Shown here: in pieces, positions 9,331 through 17,906 of the stretch | Layout of the letters: every line of letters begins with the position of its first letter | Numbering within the stretch: the first letter of the stretch is position 1 | IMG/VR virus record: IMGVR_UViG_3300025191_000002 | Location: 1-55,260 of that record | Reading direction: 5' to 3' (one strand) | Source of the DNA: a virus | Lineage: Duplodnaviria; Caudoviricetes | Length of the DNA stretch: 55,260 nt | The notes under the pieces: generated by a model | Told to the model about the DNA's origin: nothing | Databases searched by the model: none | The model's input: only the letters and a program-made list of their open reading frames with translations | Made by a program: the position numbers and the translations under genes

Positions 9331-9368
9331 AAAAAAAATCCGCTCAGTCGTAAAACTAAGCGGATTTC
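9331..9368 (-). terminator. First tR'-like terminator
   Basis: Minus strand GAAATCCGCTTAGTTTTACGACTGAGCGGATTTTTTTT. Confidence 0.7.
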
Positions 9369-9381
9369 TTCAACATGTGAA

Positions 9382-9410
9382 AAGATATATCAATCTTGGG
9401 GGGTTTGCAA
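9382..9410 (-). promoter_or_regulatory. Late promoter (pR'-like)
   Basis: TTGCAA-17 nt-TATCTT followed by two terminators and the endolysin; spacer contains ACCCCCCA. Confidence 0.6.
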
Positions 9411-9722
9411 GTCATCAAGATTAACATAAAGACTTTCCACAGCTTCTTCTAGCGCTCCAATCATAACTTTTAAGTGCTGCTCTGCTTGCGCCTTGTCTTT
9501 TGTTGCCTTCCCTACGTGACCGCGAAACGCCTTGAAACCAAACTTTGCAATATAATCTGTGTCGCTATCGCCTAGCAATTCGAACTTGTCACAGGCTTTG
9601 CTTCCTGATAATGGATCAGTCAGCGAGTAAATATAAATATGCTCCTCTTTATAAATATACCTCTCTTTTACGCCATCAAGCCCAACAACATAAAACTTTC
9701 TACCACGCTCCTGGGTCGTCAT
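9390..9722 (-). CDS. Hypothetical protein
   Basis: Last of four coupled ORFs (10875 to 9390). Confidence 0.6.
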   Translation of the reverse strand: MTTQERGRKFYVVGLDGVKERYIYKEEHIYIYSLTDPLSGSKACDKFELLGDSDTDYIAKFGFKAFRGHVGKATKDKAQAEQHLKVMIGALEEAVESLYVNLDDLQTPQD

Positions 9723-10158
9723 TATCTATCTCGCTCATTAAGTAAAGTTTATAAAATTCCATAAGCAGGTTAAACATGCCTTCTAGGTTTTGGATCGCCT
9801 GGCCAACAAACCATAATTCATCGCTTGATGAATGTACCTGTTCAATCACCTTGCCAGCTTTATTTAAGCCGACCACTAATATGTCTACTTCTGAGCTGCT
9901 AGACACAAAATTCTCAACAAGATCTTTTACATCTTCCGTGGAGGTATATTTTGCAGTGTACTCTGCCCTTATGTCGTAAAGGTAACAATAAAGCTCAACA
10001 AGCCTAACTGATGCGCTTGAAACCGGGTAAGACACGCTTTCTTCACGATCCATCTCTGCGTACCTTTGAGAGATGCGACCTAACTCGCCAACTATCGCGC
10101 CTGTGTCTGTATATCTGCTTATCATTTCAATAAGCTCTGCTTTGCTGTATTTAATCAT
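9700..10158 (-). CDS. Hypothetical protein
   Basis: Coupled ORF with AAGGA RBS. Confidence 0.65.
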   Translation of the reverse strand: MIKYSKAELIEMISRYTDTGAIVGELGRISQRYAEMDREESVSYPVSSASVRLVELYCYLYDIRAEYTAKYTSTEDVKDLVENFVSSSSEVDILVVGLNKAGKVIEQVHSSSDELWFVGQAIQNLEGMFNLLMEFYKLYLMSEIDNDDPGAW

Positions 10159-10160
10159 TG

Positions 10161-10511
10161 CTAGTCCTTATTCTTTGCCAGTTGAAAGTTAACCATGTGA
10201 ACAACGGCCATTTTCTCTACTAATGACCAGCCATCTACTTTTTTAGCTAGCTTCTCGTTGCTACGAACAAACCAGCTAAGCATTTCAGATTCGCGCTGAA
10301 AGTCTCTATCATTAACGCCCTTGAATGCCTGGTAAAAGCATTGCTTTTCACTTTCCTCTAAATCGGGCAGCATAGACGCAGCAATAATTTCAAACTGCTG
10401 CGCTACCAAGTTAATTGAGCCGGACCAGTTTTCATCTTGGCCGGCCATAAAAGCTAATAATGTCTCTTGTGTCTTTTCGACAAGTCGCACTGACTTTTTA
10501 ATTGCTGGCAT
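10161..10511 (-). CDS. Possible ribbon-helix-helix regulator
   Basis: MPAIKKSVRLVEKTQETL...NWSGSINL: alternating beta-strand then two helices; GGAGGG RBS. Fold is inferred. Confidence 0.5.
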   Translation of the reverse strand: MPAIKKSVRLVEKTQETLLAFMAGQDENWSGSINLVAQQFEIIAASMLPDLEESEKQCFYQAFKGVNDRDFQRESEMLSWFVRSNEKLAKKVDGWSLVEKMAVVHMVNFQLAKNKD

Positions 10512-10875
10512 TGCCACCCTCCGTAACATCTATAATTTTAACATCTTCATTTCTGTACGTTGATTCAAGGTCATCAACGTAAGTAAGTGTTATGTCGTCC
10601 TCTGTCGTTGAAAGGTAAACGCTGCTCACCAACCTGGTTACATCAACACCATGAAGTAATATCTTTCTCCCAAACTGCTTACAAACATCAACTGTAAGTG
10701 GCTCGATACTACTTCTTGGCTCGTTGGTGATGGTTACATAGCTTTCATCTAGCTTTACAACGTTGCCGTCCTTGAGCCGTAACTCAACTTTTGGGCCGTC
10801 ATCTTCAAAGAGTACGCTTGTTGAACTGACTAACGGTGTTATATCTGCAAGCCATAGTAAAACTCGTTTGCTCAT
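10498..10875 (-). CDS. Hypothetical protein
   Basis: First ORF after a near-consensus promoter; GAGG RBS. Confidence 0.65.
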   Translation of the reverse strand: MSKRVLLWLADITPLVSSTSVLFEDDGPKVELRLKDGNVVKLDESYVTITNEPRSSIEPLTVDVCKQFGRKILLHGVDVTRLVSSVYLSTTEDDITLTYVDDLESTYRNEDVKIIDVTEGGNASN

Positions 10876-10912
10876 GCTATTTCCTCGAAAGGGTTATTTG
10901 ATTGACCCGTTA

Positions 10913-10957
10913 AATATATCGCACCCCTGTCGCACCTGTCAAGTATGAAATTTCATA
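10913..10957 (-). promoter_or_regulatory. Sigma70 promoter with operator-like repeats
   Basis: TTGACA-18-TATATT; spacer holds GGTGCGA twice (11-bp period); perfect palindrome TATGAAATTTCATA at 10944-10957. Confidence 0.65.
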
Positions 10958-11010
10958 GCGCAAAAAAGGATCATCGAGTCGATAAACAGGACAAATCGTT
11001 ATATTTCCCC

Positions 11011-11170
11011 TTCAATTGTTCCGTTTAAAGCGAACATCAATTAAATATCAATAACTTATATTTTCAATTGTTCCGCCATTTGTTCCGCGTTGTTCCGCTA
11101 AAACTTTGCTTTAGGCAATAAAAAACGCCCTTAAATTAATTAAGAGCGCTATTTTGTTCCGGTGTTGTTC
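11011..11170. repeat. TTGTTCCG octamer array with IHF consensus site
   Basis: TTGTTCCG at 11016, 11068, 11080, 11090 and 11154 (partial at 11165); TATCAATAACTTA at 11046-11058 fits WATCAANNNNTTR. Confidence 0.85.
11118..11150 (-). terminator. Terminator of the AT-rich moron
   Basis: Minus strand AGCGCTCTTAATTAATTTAAGGGCGTTTTTTAT. Confidence 0.65.
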
Positions 11171-11177
11171 TTTATAT

Positions 11178-11927
11178 TTAATTTGTTACCAACAAAGGGG
11201 ATTCTTCCGGTGGATCTTGGATATGAATTAATTGATACTCACCGGTCAATTTAAGTGCTTTCAAAACCCTGTCAAACAAACTTGACCCAAACTCGTGAAA
11301 ATTCCCTTCCAGCCCTATCAATGAATTAACCTCACCCATTATATCGATATTTTCTTTAATTAAATCTTTGCTCAAAATGTTTGCTGATATTAAAACTTTA
11401 AATTTAACTACTTGTATATCCTCTATAGCCTTCAACATTTTTTTTACATTGTTATCTCTATAGCTTATAAATACATTTTTAAAATCAACCAATTCTTTAT
11501 CATTAAAAAACATTTCATCCCAGTTAATAGAGTCTATGCCTAACCTCGATAGCTGGTCACGCACCTCTTGAGCAATAAATTGTTTATCTCCGGTCGTAAT
11601 ACTTTCAATATTTTTAAGAGCATTCATCTTCTTTCTGCAACTAAGTTTAAGATGGGAAAGAAAATACAGCTCAGACAGATGGGCTATAAGCTCATTAGCC
11701 TGATCGTATTTCTTTTGGTGCAACCACGAATCACCTGTTACAAGTGCCACAACCAGAAGTAAAGTTGTAGCTAATGATATTAGCCATGTAAAAACAGCTA
11801 TTACAAGATCACTAACCGACCCCCAATTGCCATCTATAATATTTTTATCACTCCAATATATACACCCTAATGCAACAACAAAGTAAATTAAGGTGGTAAT
11901 ACATATTGCTATTAAATATTTTTTCAT
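11178..11927 (-). CDS. AT-rich membrane-anchored moron protein, unknown function
   Basis: Two N-terminal hydrophobic helices; visibly more AT-rich than flanks; own terminator. Confidence 0.75.
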   Translation of the reverse strand: MKKYLIAICITTLIYFVVALGCIYWSDKNIIDGNWGSVSDLVIAVFTWLISLATTLLLVVALVTGDSWLHQKKYDQANELIAHLSELYFLSHLKLSCRKKMNALKNIESITTGDKQFIAQEVRDQLSRLGIDSINWDEMFFNDKELVDFKNVFISYRDNNVKKMLKAIEDIQVVKFKVLISANILSKDLIKENIDIMGEVNSLIGLEGNFHEFGSSLFDRVLKALKLTGEYQLIHIQDPPEESPLLVTN

Positions 11928-12034
11928 TTAGCTCTCTCAACTGGCGCAAAGTTATAATTAGTTCTTGAATGCGTAACGATATAATGCAGTAACCTTTATT
12001 TGTAGTCACGTATTGAATAGGACAAATGGAGACT

Positions 12035-12265
12035 TTAACGGTGTGTGTCGCTTATGCTCATACTCTCTACAATCCAAGTATCAATACCAAATATACTGCG
12101 CTTAACAAACGTTACAGTGCTTTGCTCTAAGTAAGTGGTTTTGCCCTTATCGCTTGCTGTTGGCTCAAGCACGTTATGAAGCATTATTTGAATGCTGTTA
12201 TATCTAAACGTTTCGGGGTCTGGTAGTCGTGTGGTTGCGTTTGCAAGTTCGGCGGCTGTTATCAT
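12035..12265 (-). CDS. Hypothetical protein
   Basis: ATGA-coupled to Q. Confidence 0.6.
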   Translation of the reverse strand: MITAAELANATTRLPDPETFRYNSIQIMLHNVLEPTASDKGKTTYLEQSTVTFVKRSIFGIDTWIVESMSISDTHR

Positions 12266-12822
12266 GCTACGTCACCCATTTTTACGTGTATATTTTTAAA
12301 TATATCGCGCTCCCACTCAGCTATAAGCCTCAACAACTCCTTTGTTACTTCATCGTGTGCGCTGGTATAACTTTTATGTCCGATACCGATAATTTTACAT
12401 CGACTGCGGTTTGATATTGGCTTGCGTCCTCGTCCGTGACACTTAACGCATGTATCAGCTTCTAAGTTAGTGGCCTTTTGCCCCGGTGCTAAACCGCTCC
12501 CATCGCATTCACCACACACCGGCTGAACAAACTCATGCACTGCTGCCATCACCAAGCCGTTTAATGTATCTGGCTTTATTTTGTATTGGCGTATTTTTAC
12601 AAACAACGTTGCGTGCATAGTTAGCGAGCGCACAACACGATTAAGCCTTGTTTCTTCACCCACATAACGAAAGTAAGCCCAATTGGTTTGGCATTGCGGT
12701 AACCCTGCCAAAGCATGTGCCGCCGTCCGCCAATCAATAACGTCTTGCCCACTGCCACCAAACGTACCAGTGAGATTTAGCGTTTTAGTTGTAAGCTTTG
12801 CAAGTAGCTTTATTGGTTGCAT
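12262..12822 (-). CDS. Late antiterminator Q-like protein with zinc finger
   Basis: CGECDGSG...CVKCHGRG; located at end of nin region, upstream of lysis genes. Confidence 0.7.
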   Translation of the reverse strand: MQPIKLLAKLTTKTLNLTGTFGGSGQDVIDWRTAAHALAGLPQCQTNWAYFRYVGEETRLNRVVRSLTMHATLFVKIRQYKIKPDTLNGLVMAAVHEFVQPVCGECDGSGLAPGQKATNLEADTCVKCHGRGRKPISNRSRCKIIGIGHKSYTSAHDEVTKELLRLIAEWERDIFKNIHVKMGDVA

Positions 12823-12823
12823 A

Positions 12824-13039
12824 TTATCTCACTCCCATGCGTCTAAAGATAGCGGTAACTTCGCTGTGTGCGGCAAAATCAGCGGGCTTAGCAAGTAAAC
12901 CTTCTAGTGCTAAACACGGCCAAGATAAATCAAATGTTTCAACTGCTCCCTGCTTTAGCATCCACCCATATACGTGCTGCTCTTTAGTCATTTTGAGTTT
13001 TAACGACTTATCATCCATACAGCGCCACCAATGCGGCAT
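12824..13039 (-). CDS. Hypothetical protein
   Basis: Fills nin operon; true start probably MDDKS. Confidence 0.55.
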   Translation of the reverse strand: MPHWWRCMDDKSLKLKMTKEQHVYGWMLKQGAVETFDLSWPCLALEGLLAKPADFAAHSEVTAIFRRMGVR

Positions 13040-13451
13040 CGCGCTTATCTTCGTTGCTTCTACCCTTCCAGCCTGTGATCTGGTTAAAGTATTTGTCGCT
13101 GCTTTTTGCCATGCGCTTAACTGAGCCCTTGAGCGGTGTAACTAACTTCACTTTATAGCCCTGGCTTTCTAACACTTGCTGTATTAGCGAGCCTGTCGCT
13201 TTACACTTGCCTACGTCCTGGCAAATTTTCTCACGTACAGCGCGTTTATTTTTAACCTTGGCGCCGAAAAGTGGCTTTATCGCGCTTGGGTTTTCAAGCT
13301 TTATCAATACTTCTTCTTTTGGACCCGCCGCCGCTATGTACTCGAACATATCGACAAAGCTTAGCGACTCAAGATGAATGATTGTTTTGCCATGGATAAC
13401 AGCAACACCGCTTTTAACAAAGTCGGGATCAATACCAATCGTTATGTTCAT
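13011..13451 (-). CDS. RuvC-like (RNase H fold) resolvase/nuclease
   Basis: ITIGIDPD..KSGVA, LE, and NEDKRDAAL acidic motifs. Confidence 0.65.
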   Translation of the reverse strand: MNITIGIDPDFVKSGVAVIHGKTIIHLESLSFVDMFEYIAAAGPKEEVLIKLENPSAIKPLFGAKVKNKRAVREKICQDVGKCKATGSLIQQVLESQGYKVKLVTPLKGSVKRMAKSSDKYFNQITGWKGRSNEDKRDAALVALYG

Positions 13452-13765
13452 TTAGCCACCTGTATCAATTCTTGCTCGAGTAAAAGCTTTTGCGTTCTAA
13501 CCATGCCCTCATAGGCGTAAACTAGTAACTCGTTTGCACTTCCCATGCGCACACGCCTATCAATTACATCGTGACACGCTGAACATGCGTAAGTTGCGTG
13601 AATATCATCACACTTCTGGCCCATACCGGAACCCTTACCAACATGCGCTAAAACAGTGGTTTCAGGGTTGCGGTTGCATACGCCAGGTATACGCACTTGG
13701 CATTGCTGGCCGCGTGCGCTATTTCTTATTTTTTTACTAATGAGCGACATTGTTTGACTCTCCAT
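13448..13765 (-). CDS. DUF1364/YbcO-like zinc-binding nuclease-like protein
   Basis: SARGQQCQVRIPGVC..NPETTVLAH...ACSACHDVIDRR. Confidence 0.85.
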   Translation of the reverse strand: MESQTMSLISKKIRNSARGQQCQVRIPGVCNRNPETTVLAHVGKGSGMGQKCDDIHATYACSACHDVIDRRVRMGSANELLVYAYEGMVRTQKLLLEQELIQVAK

Positions 13766-14189
13766 ACATAGCCAAGTGATAAAGATCGTCCGGCTGTGGC
13801 AGTAAAAGCTCTAAATACTCAGCGCAGTATTGCTCTAACCAATTTAGATACTCGCAAAACTCTTTTGTGTTTAGCTTGCGGGTCCGCTTGCGCACGATTA
13901 TTGGCTCCTCGTTGCCAGCTTGAATAACCTTCACCCCAAACTTCCTACGCACAAATACTTCGTGTACGTCCTCTGAACTATTTTCTTGCCCGTAGTGCTC
14001 GCGAAAATAATCAGCAATTATCTGGTTCCACAGCCAAAGCAAACGGTTTTGAGCTAAAGAGCGCTTAGCTTTGTGCTCTTTAAACTCAATGACAACGTTT
14101 TTGCCTTGCTTTAAAAGCGCCCTTACCGCTTGCCCAATTTGGGGCATGAAGTATTGGGCGTTAGTAGTGGTTACTACTTTCTTTGCCAT
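13737..14189 (-). CDS. NinB/YbcN-family recombination protein
   Basis: KRSLAQNRLLWLW and TRKLNTKEFCEYL..LEQY motifs. Confidence 0.8.
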   Translation of the reverse strand: MAKKVVTTTNAQYFMPQIGQAVRALLKQGKNVVIEFKEHKAKRSLAQNRLLWLWNQIIADYFREHYGQENSSEDVHEVFVRRKFGVKVIQAGNEEPIIVRKRTRKLNTKEFCEYLNWLEQYCAEYLELLLPQPDDLYHLAMYGESNNVAH

Positions 14190-14500
14190 TACGCGGCCTT
14201 ATCTGCTTTTTTAGCTGGCTCGGCCTTTGCGTCTTGAGCCGCTACCGCTTCTTTTTGTGCTTGCACTAAAATGTGAGCCCCGGTTGATATAAGCGCGTCA
14301 CGTACCTGGCGGTCTAAGCAATTTTTCTCAGCTAATACAGCGGCGGACTTAGTTAAGTTGGCAAATGCTGCGTCATGGTTTACTGCTGCGCCGTCCTGAA
14401 TTGCCTTTGATGCCTGCGCCTTTGAATTTGAGATAAAGCCATCACAAAAAACTTCGCCGGCTGGTGATAACTGAGTAAGTGTGCTTTTTTTGGTAGTCAT
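14189..14500 (-). CDS. Hypothetical protein
   Basis: Coupled ORF, AGGAG RBS. Confidence 0.65.
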   Translation of the reverse strand: MTTKKSTLTQLSPAGEVFCDGFISNSKAQASKAIQDGAAVNHDAAFANLTKSAAVLAEKNCLDRQVRDALISTGAHILVQAQKEAVAAQDAKAEPAKKADKAA

Positions 14501-14509
14501 AATTAGCTC

Positions 14510-14941
14510 CTAAGCTGTTTTTCTTGCGTTTTGATATGTTTTTTCTAGCTGCTCGTTAAGCGAGTAACCTTGATTTGCCGGCACCTTCTTTGATACAAAG
14601 TTGCCAGGGCTTGCTTTAACGTCTTGCATACGATTAGCCGCTTGCCTGTTTTGGCTATGCGCCTTATTACGGTTTGCATGTTTGTTTTTAGCGGCCTCTT
14701 TTTGGTCCTTGATATACTGCGGTACGCTATCAATGCCATGCTCTTTGGCCGCTCTTGCCATAGCGCGATTAGCTTCTGCTGTTGCAAAACCCATTTGCTT
14801 TGGTGTCGGCGTTTTAATTCCTTTCAGCGCTGCGGATTTTGCTGCCTTTGCTGCGACTAACGCGTTTTGGTAATCACTCCCTAAAATTTCTTTTAGTGCG
14901 CGAATAAACTCTTTTTGATCTTGCTCGTATGATTTAGCCAT
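14510..14941 (-). CDS. Hypothetical basic protein
   Basis: Directly downstream of P-like gene. Confidence 0.65.
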   Translation of the reverse strand: MAKSYEQDQKEFIRALKEILGSDYQNALVAAKAAKSAALKGIKTPTPKQMGFATAEANRAMARAAKEHGIDSVPQYIKDQKEAAKNKHANRNKAHSQNRQAANRMQDVKASPGNFVSKKVPANQGYSLNEQLEKTYQNARKTA

Positions 14942-14944
14942 GGC

Positions 14945-15514
14945 TTAACCTACGTACTTCAAGTAAGCCGGCGGCTCGTTAAACTCGATTTTGAGCGGTA
15001 TAGGTTCTAGCTCGCCCTTGCCGTATTTATCAGCAAGATTTGTGTAGCGGTCTTTTGCCATTTTTTGCCATGCGTTATCCGCCAGTGTTGCGCGTGCTGC
15101 GGCTATTTGCTGGTTAAGCCAATAAACCAAAGGCTCTGACCATTCTTTATCTTTGCCGTAGTTTTTAATGCGCTGCTCGCTGATTTCACTCATACACTGC
15201 TCAAGCGTTGGCATACCGCGTGCCTGCAGGCATAAAATTTTGAACTCAATTGGATTAGGCGCGTGTCGTTCGGAGGCTGATCGTATGCGCGCTGCTTCAA
15301 GTGCCATGCGAACATGCTTTGCAATAATCCCCATACCGTAAAGCTGGCTTGCATACTCGTTAGCAAATAACGTTAAGTTACCGCGCCAATTGAAATCGCT
15401 GTTTGGGTAGTAAGCTTTAAGCGCTGGCAAGACTTCGCCGCCAATGATTTTTACAAGCACGCTATTGGCTTGTGGCTTGCTGTCATTGCTGAGTGTTGAT
15501 AATTGATTATTCAT
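14945..15514 (-). CDS. Replication protein P-like helicase loader
   Basis: Coupled to O; PNPIEFK.LC...GMP and W..PLVYW motifs. Confidence 0.7.
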   Translation of the reverse strand: MNNQLSTLSNDSKPQANSVLVKIIGGEVLPALKAYYPNSDFNWRGNLTLFANEYASQLYGMGIIAKHVRMALEAARIRSASERHAPNPIEFKILCLQARGMPTLEQCMSEISEQRIKNYGKDKEWSEPLVYWLNQQIAAARATLADNAWQKMAKDRYTNLADKYGKGELEPIPLKIEFNEPPAYLKYVG

Positions 15515-16425
15515 TACAACACCTCGTCATCGTGCGGGGTTGGAATATGCGCTAGTGAGTCTTGCAAGTAAGCAAGCTGATCGCCTACGTTGTTTGATTG
15601 GCGTTGCGCCATACCTGAATACTGGCTTTGGTTTGCGTTAGCTATCCAGGAATATTTAAAGCCCTGCCAGTTTCTCGTTATGCACTCAGATAAACATTCA
15701 TCAACGCTCAAGCCGTTTTGAAAAGCGATTTGAAATTGCTTGCCGAAGTTGTTGATCACGGTTTGACTAATGCTCGCTTTTTTTGCTTTACGCATAGCGA
15801 CCCAATCATCAAATATTTGTTGGTTTGGCAATGCAGGCCATGTAGAAAAATCTAAAGTCTCAAGCAAACTTTTTTTGTTTATTTTTTTTAAATTATCTTT
15901 TGTATTAGTTTCTTTTCTTATGTGGCAGTCATTTTCGACTAGTTTTTTAGTCGTTTTTGACGAGTTAGCTAGTCGTTTTTGACTAGTTTTAGGGGTATTT
16001 TTAACTAGTCGTTTTTGACTAGTTTTTAGTTGCTTTTGACTAGTTTCTATTTCCTGCCACTCACTAACTACAGGATTAATCCCAGTGTTTTTGCCATCAC
16101 GAAATAACACTTTTTTAGCAATTAAACCTTTAATTATTTTCCCGATATTTGTGCTGTCAATTCCGGTCAAGTTGCTAATTTGCGTATTCGTCATCCAGTC
16201 ATTTTTTTTCTGCCAGCGGTACGTTTTACTGATCACAGCAAATACAATTTGATACTCGCGTGCGCTTAGCTTTACCGGTGGATTTGCAAGCGTGTCAGTT
16301 AGCTTTTGGGCTAGTCTGTCATAACCTTGCTCAATATCTGCTTTCACATAACCACCTGTGTCATGTTGATTAATTTCGCCCCCTCGTTTATCAGGGAACT
16401 TGTAAACTTCTGCTAAATTGTTCAT
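15514..16425 (-). CDS. Replication initiator O
   Basis: AD.E.GY.RLA..L...LSAREYQIVFAVI.KTY.WQKK.DW..N.QI..LTG...GINPVVSEW; internal iterons. Confidence 0.9.
   Translation of the reverse strand: MNNLAEVYKFPDKRGGEINQHDTGGYVKADIEQGYDRLAQKLTDTLANPPVKLSAREYQIVFAVISKTYRWQKKNDWMTNTQISNLTGIDSTNIGKIIKGLIAKKVLFRDGKNTGINPVVSEWQEIETSQKQLKTSQKRLVKNTPKTSQKRLANSSKTTKKLVENDCHIRKETNTKDNLKKINKKSLLETLDFSTWPALPNQQIFDDWVAMRKAKKASISQTVINNFGKQFQIAFQNGLSVDECLSECITRNWQGFKYSWIANANQSQYSGMAQRQSNNVGDQLAYLQDSLAHIPTPHDDEVL
15927..16046. repeat. Replication origin: five iterons within O
   Basis: Consensus CTAGTCGTTTTTGACTAGTTT at about 15927, 15948, 15969, 16005 and 16027; adjacent AT-rich tract 15870-15920. Confidence 0.85.
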
Positions 16426-16487
16426 AATTATCTCGCTAAATTGAAACCCGCTATCGTGCCGCCAAAGCTGATGCGGGTTTTGTTTTA
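16400..16487 (+). ncRNA. Candidate oop-like antisense RNA unit (promoter plus terminator)
   Basis: TTGTAA(16400)-17-CATAAT(16423), then hairpin AAACCCGC...GCGGGTTTTGTTTT ending near 16486. Confidence 0.5.
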
Positions 16488-17162
16488 TCCGCGGTCTACT
16501 TCGGTAGGCCGTGTTTCTAAATCTTCGCTAATAGCTTTCAAATTTTTCGTAGCTCTACTCCAAGCTCTATGGCTTAACTCTCGGTTTCGCTCTCGCAACT
16601 TATTAACTTCTTTTTGCAATCTACTAGTCTCCGCATAAGCGCCTTTAAGTTTTGCATTCAACTGTTCAGCATCGCCCACACGCGCAAACAGCTTTACTAA
16701 AATAAATTGCTCTCGCTTTTGATCTGATTCGAAGCGGTTTTTAGTGATCCAGTCGCCTACATCTTTGTAATAGCGCTCACCAGTAAAAGGGCTAACTATG
16801 TGCTTTACATGACCGCGTTTATTTACATACAAAAGGCCGAATTTATCGGGCAGCTCTTCAGGCTTAATCAAGCCCTCTGGACACATGTAATAACGCCAAT
16901 TCCCCATACCAATAGTTTCGCCACTTCTATGCGGCTTTTTAGCGTCAGCAAGGAAGTCTGAACGCGACACCTTTACTTCAACAACAACAGAGCCATCTTC
17001 AAAAGAACCTGCAGCCCTAAACCCGATAGCATCAGGTACTTCGCCCGAATAACCAGAGCGAACCTCACTAACGGCTATATGGCAACCATGACCACCGCCG
17101 CTACTAGGGCGTTTTAGCCATCGAACAGCTACATCACATAGGTTGCTATGGTTAAGCTCCAT
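16485..17162 (-). CDS. MmcB-like PD-(D/E)XK nuclease-fold protein
   Basis: SEV...EVPDAIGF...VVVEVKVSRSDFLADAKKPHR...GNWRYYMCPEG. Confidence 0.7.
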   Translation of the reverse strand: MELNHSNLCDVAVRWLKRPSSGGGHGCHIAVSEVRSGYSGEVPDAIGFRAAGSFEDGSVVVEVKVSRSDFLADAKKPHRSGETIGMGNWRYYMCPEGLIKPEELPDKFGLLYVNKRGHVKHIVSPFTGERYYKDVGDWITKNRFESDQKREQFILVKLFARVGDAEQLNAKLKGAYAETSRLQKEVNKLRERNRELSHRAWSRATKNLKAISEDLETRPTEVDRG

Positions 17163-17164
17163 AC

Positions 17165-17377
17165 TTACCTCCTAAACTGCTTTCGTTTAATTTCTTGCAT
17201 TTCTGCGCAACCAATACACAAATTGGTTTTTATCGCCTTCTTACGTGCTTCGTTAATTTCATTACCGCATTCAATGCAATCGTCTGTAGGCTCAACGTCT
17301 TGTTGCTTTAAGTTTGCTATTAAACGCGATTCTGTTTGCTCTATTTCCAATTGAGCTGCGTCTGCGTGATCTGCCAT
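17165..17377 (-). CDS. TraR/DksA C4 zinc-finger protein
   Basis: MADHADAA (D3, D6, A8) and CIECG..I..AR..A....LCIGC. Confidence 0.88.
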   Translation of the reverse strand: MADHADAAQLEIEQTESRLIANLKQQDVEPTDDCIECGNEINEARKKAIKTNLCIGCAEMQEIKRKQFRR

Positions 17378-17895
17378 TATGAAGCTACCTTTAAGCTCTC
17401 GGCGCGACTTGGTAGTTTGCGTCCTACCATTTCGCGTAATTCAGCGACAATTTGTAAAGTGCTAGTGATAGACTCAAGAGCTGTCTTTTCAATAATCGTA
17501 AAGTCAGTCTCGGTAATATGGTTATGCTCTAGCGCTACTCGCATTGATTTAGCCAGCTCGCCTTGAGACTCCATCAAAGACAGGCTTAATACTGTTAATT
17601 CTTCTCTGGTAAGGTTTGCATCTGGCAGATCAAATAGAACTTTTCCGGCGTCCAAGGCCATTGCGTTTAATATTCTAAAGTCTTGCGTGATCAGCTGTAT
17701 TGCTTCTGCTTCGATCAATCCAAGCATGTGAGAATCAACATTTTGATTAAGCTTATTGCTCAGCGTTGTTGCTGACTTTCCCATTTGCCTAGCAATATCA
17801 GATATATTGTAATCACGAGTAAAACTTGCTGCGGCTTCTGATACACAGCGATAAGCTACGGGCAAGTTTCTCGTACTTTTTTTAGATAAGAACAT
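17377..17895 (-). CDS. cII: CII-like regulator (186/CP76 family)
   Basis: IARQMGKSATTLSNKLN....H.L...EA..I...T.D; follows cro. Confidence 0.75.
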   Translation of the reverse strand: MFLSKKSTRNLPVAYRCVSEAAASFTRDYNISDIARQMGKSATTLSNKLNQNVDSHMLGLIEAEAIQLITQDFRILNAMALDAGKVLFDLPDANLTREELTVLSLSLMESQGELAKSMRVALEHNHITETDFTIIEKTALESITSTLQIVAELREMVGRKLPSRAESLKVAS

Positions 17896-17906
17896 TTATA
17901 GTCTCC

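Noticed and set aside
11011-11170. Octamer array as mini-CRISPR
   Set aside because: Repeats are only 8-13 bp with irregular spacing, and no cas genes are present.
10988-12027. AGGACAAAT copies flanking the moron as a target-site duplication
   Set aside because: Only 9 bp, no transposase or inverted ends; chance cannot be excluded.
15927-16046. Repeat cluster as CRISPR or novel array
   Set aside because: No unique spacers of regular length, and it lies in frame inside O. It fits lambdoid iterons.
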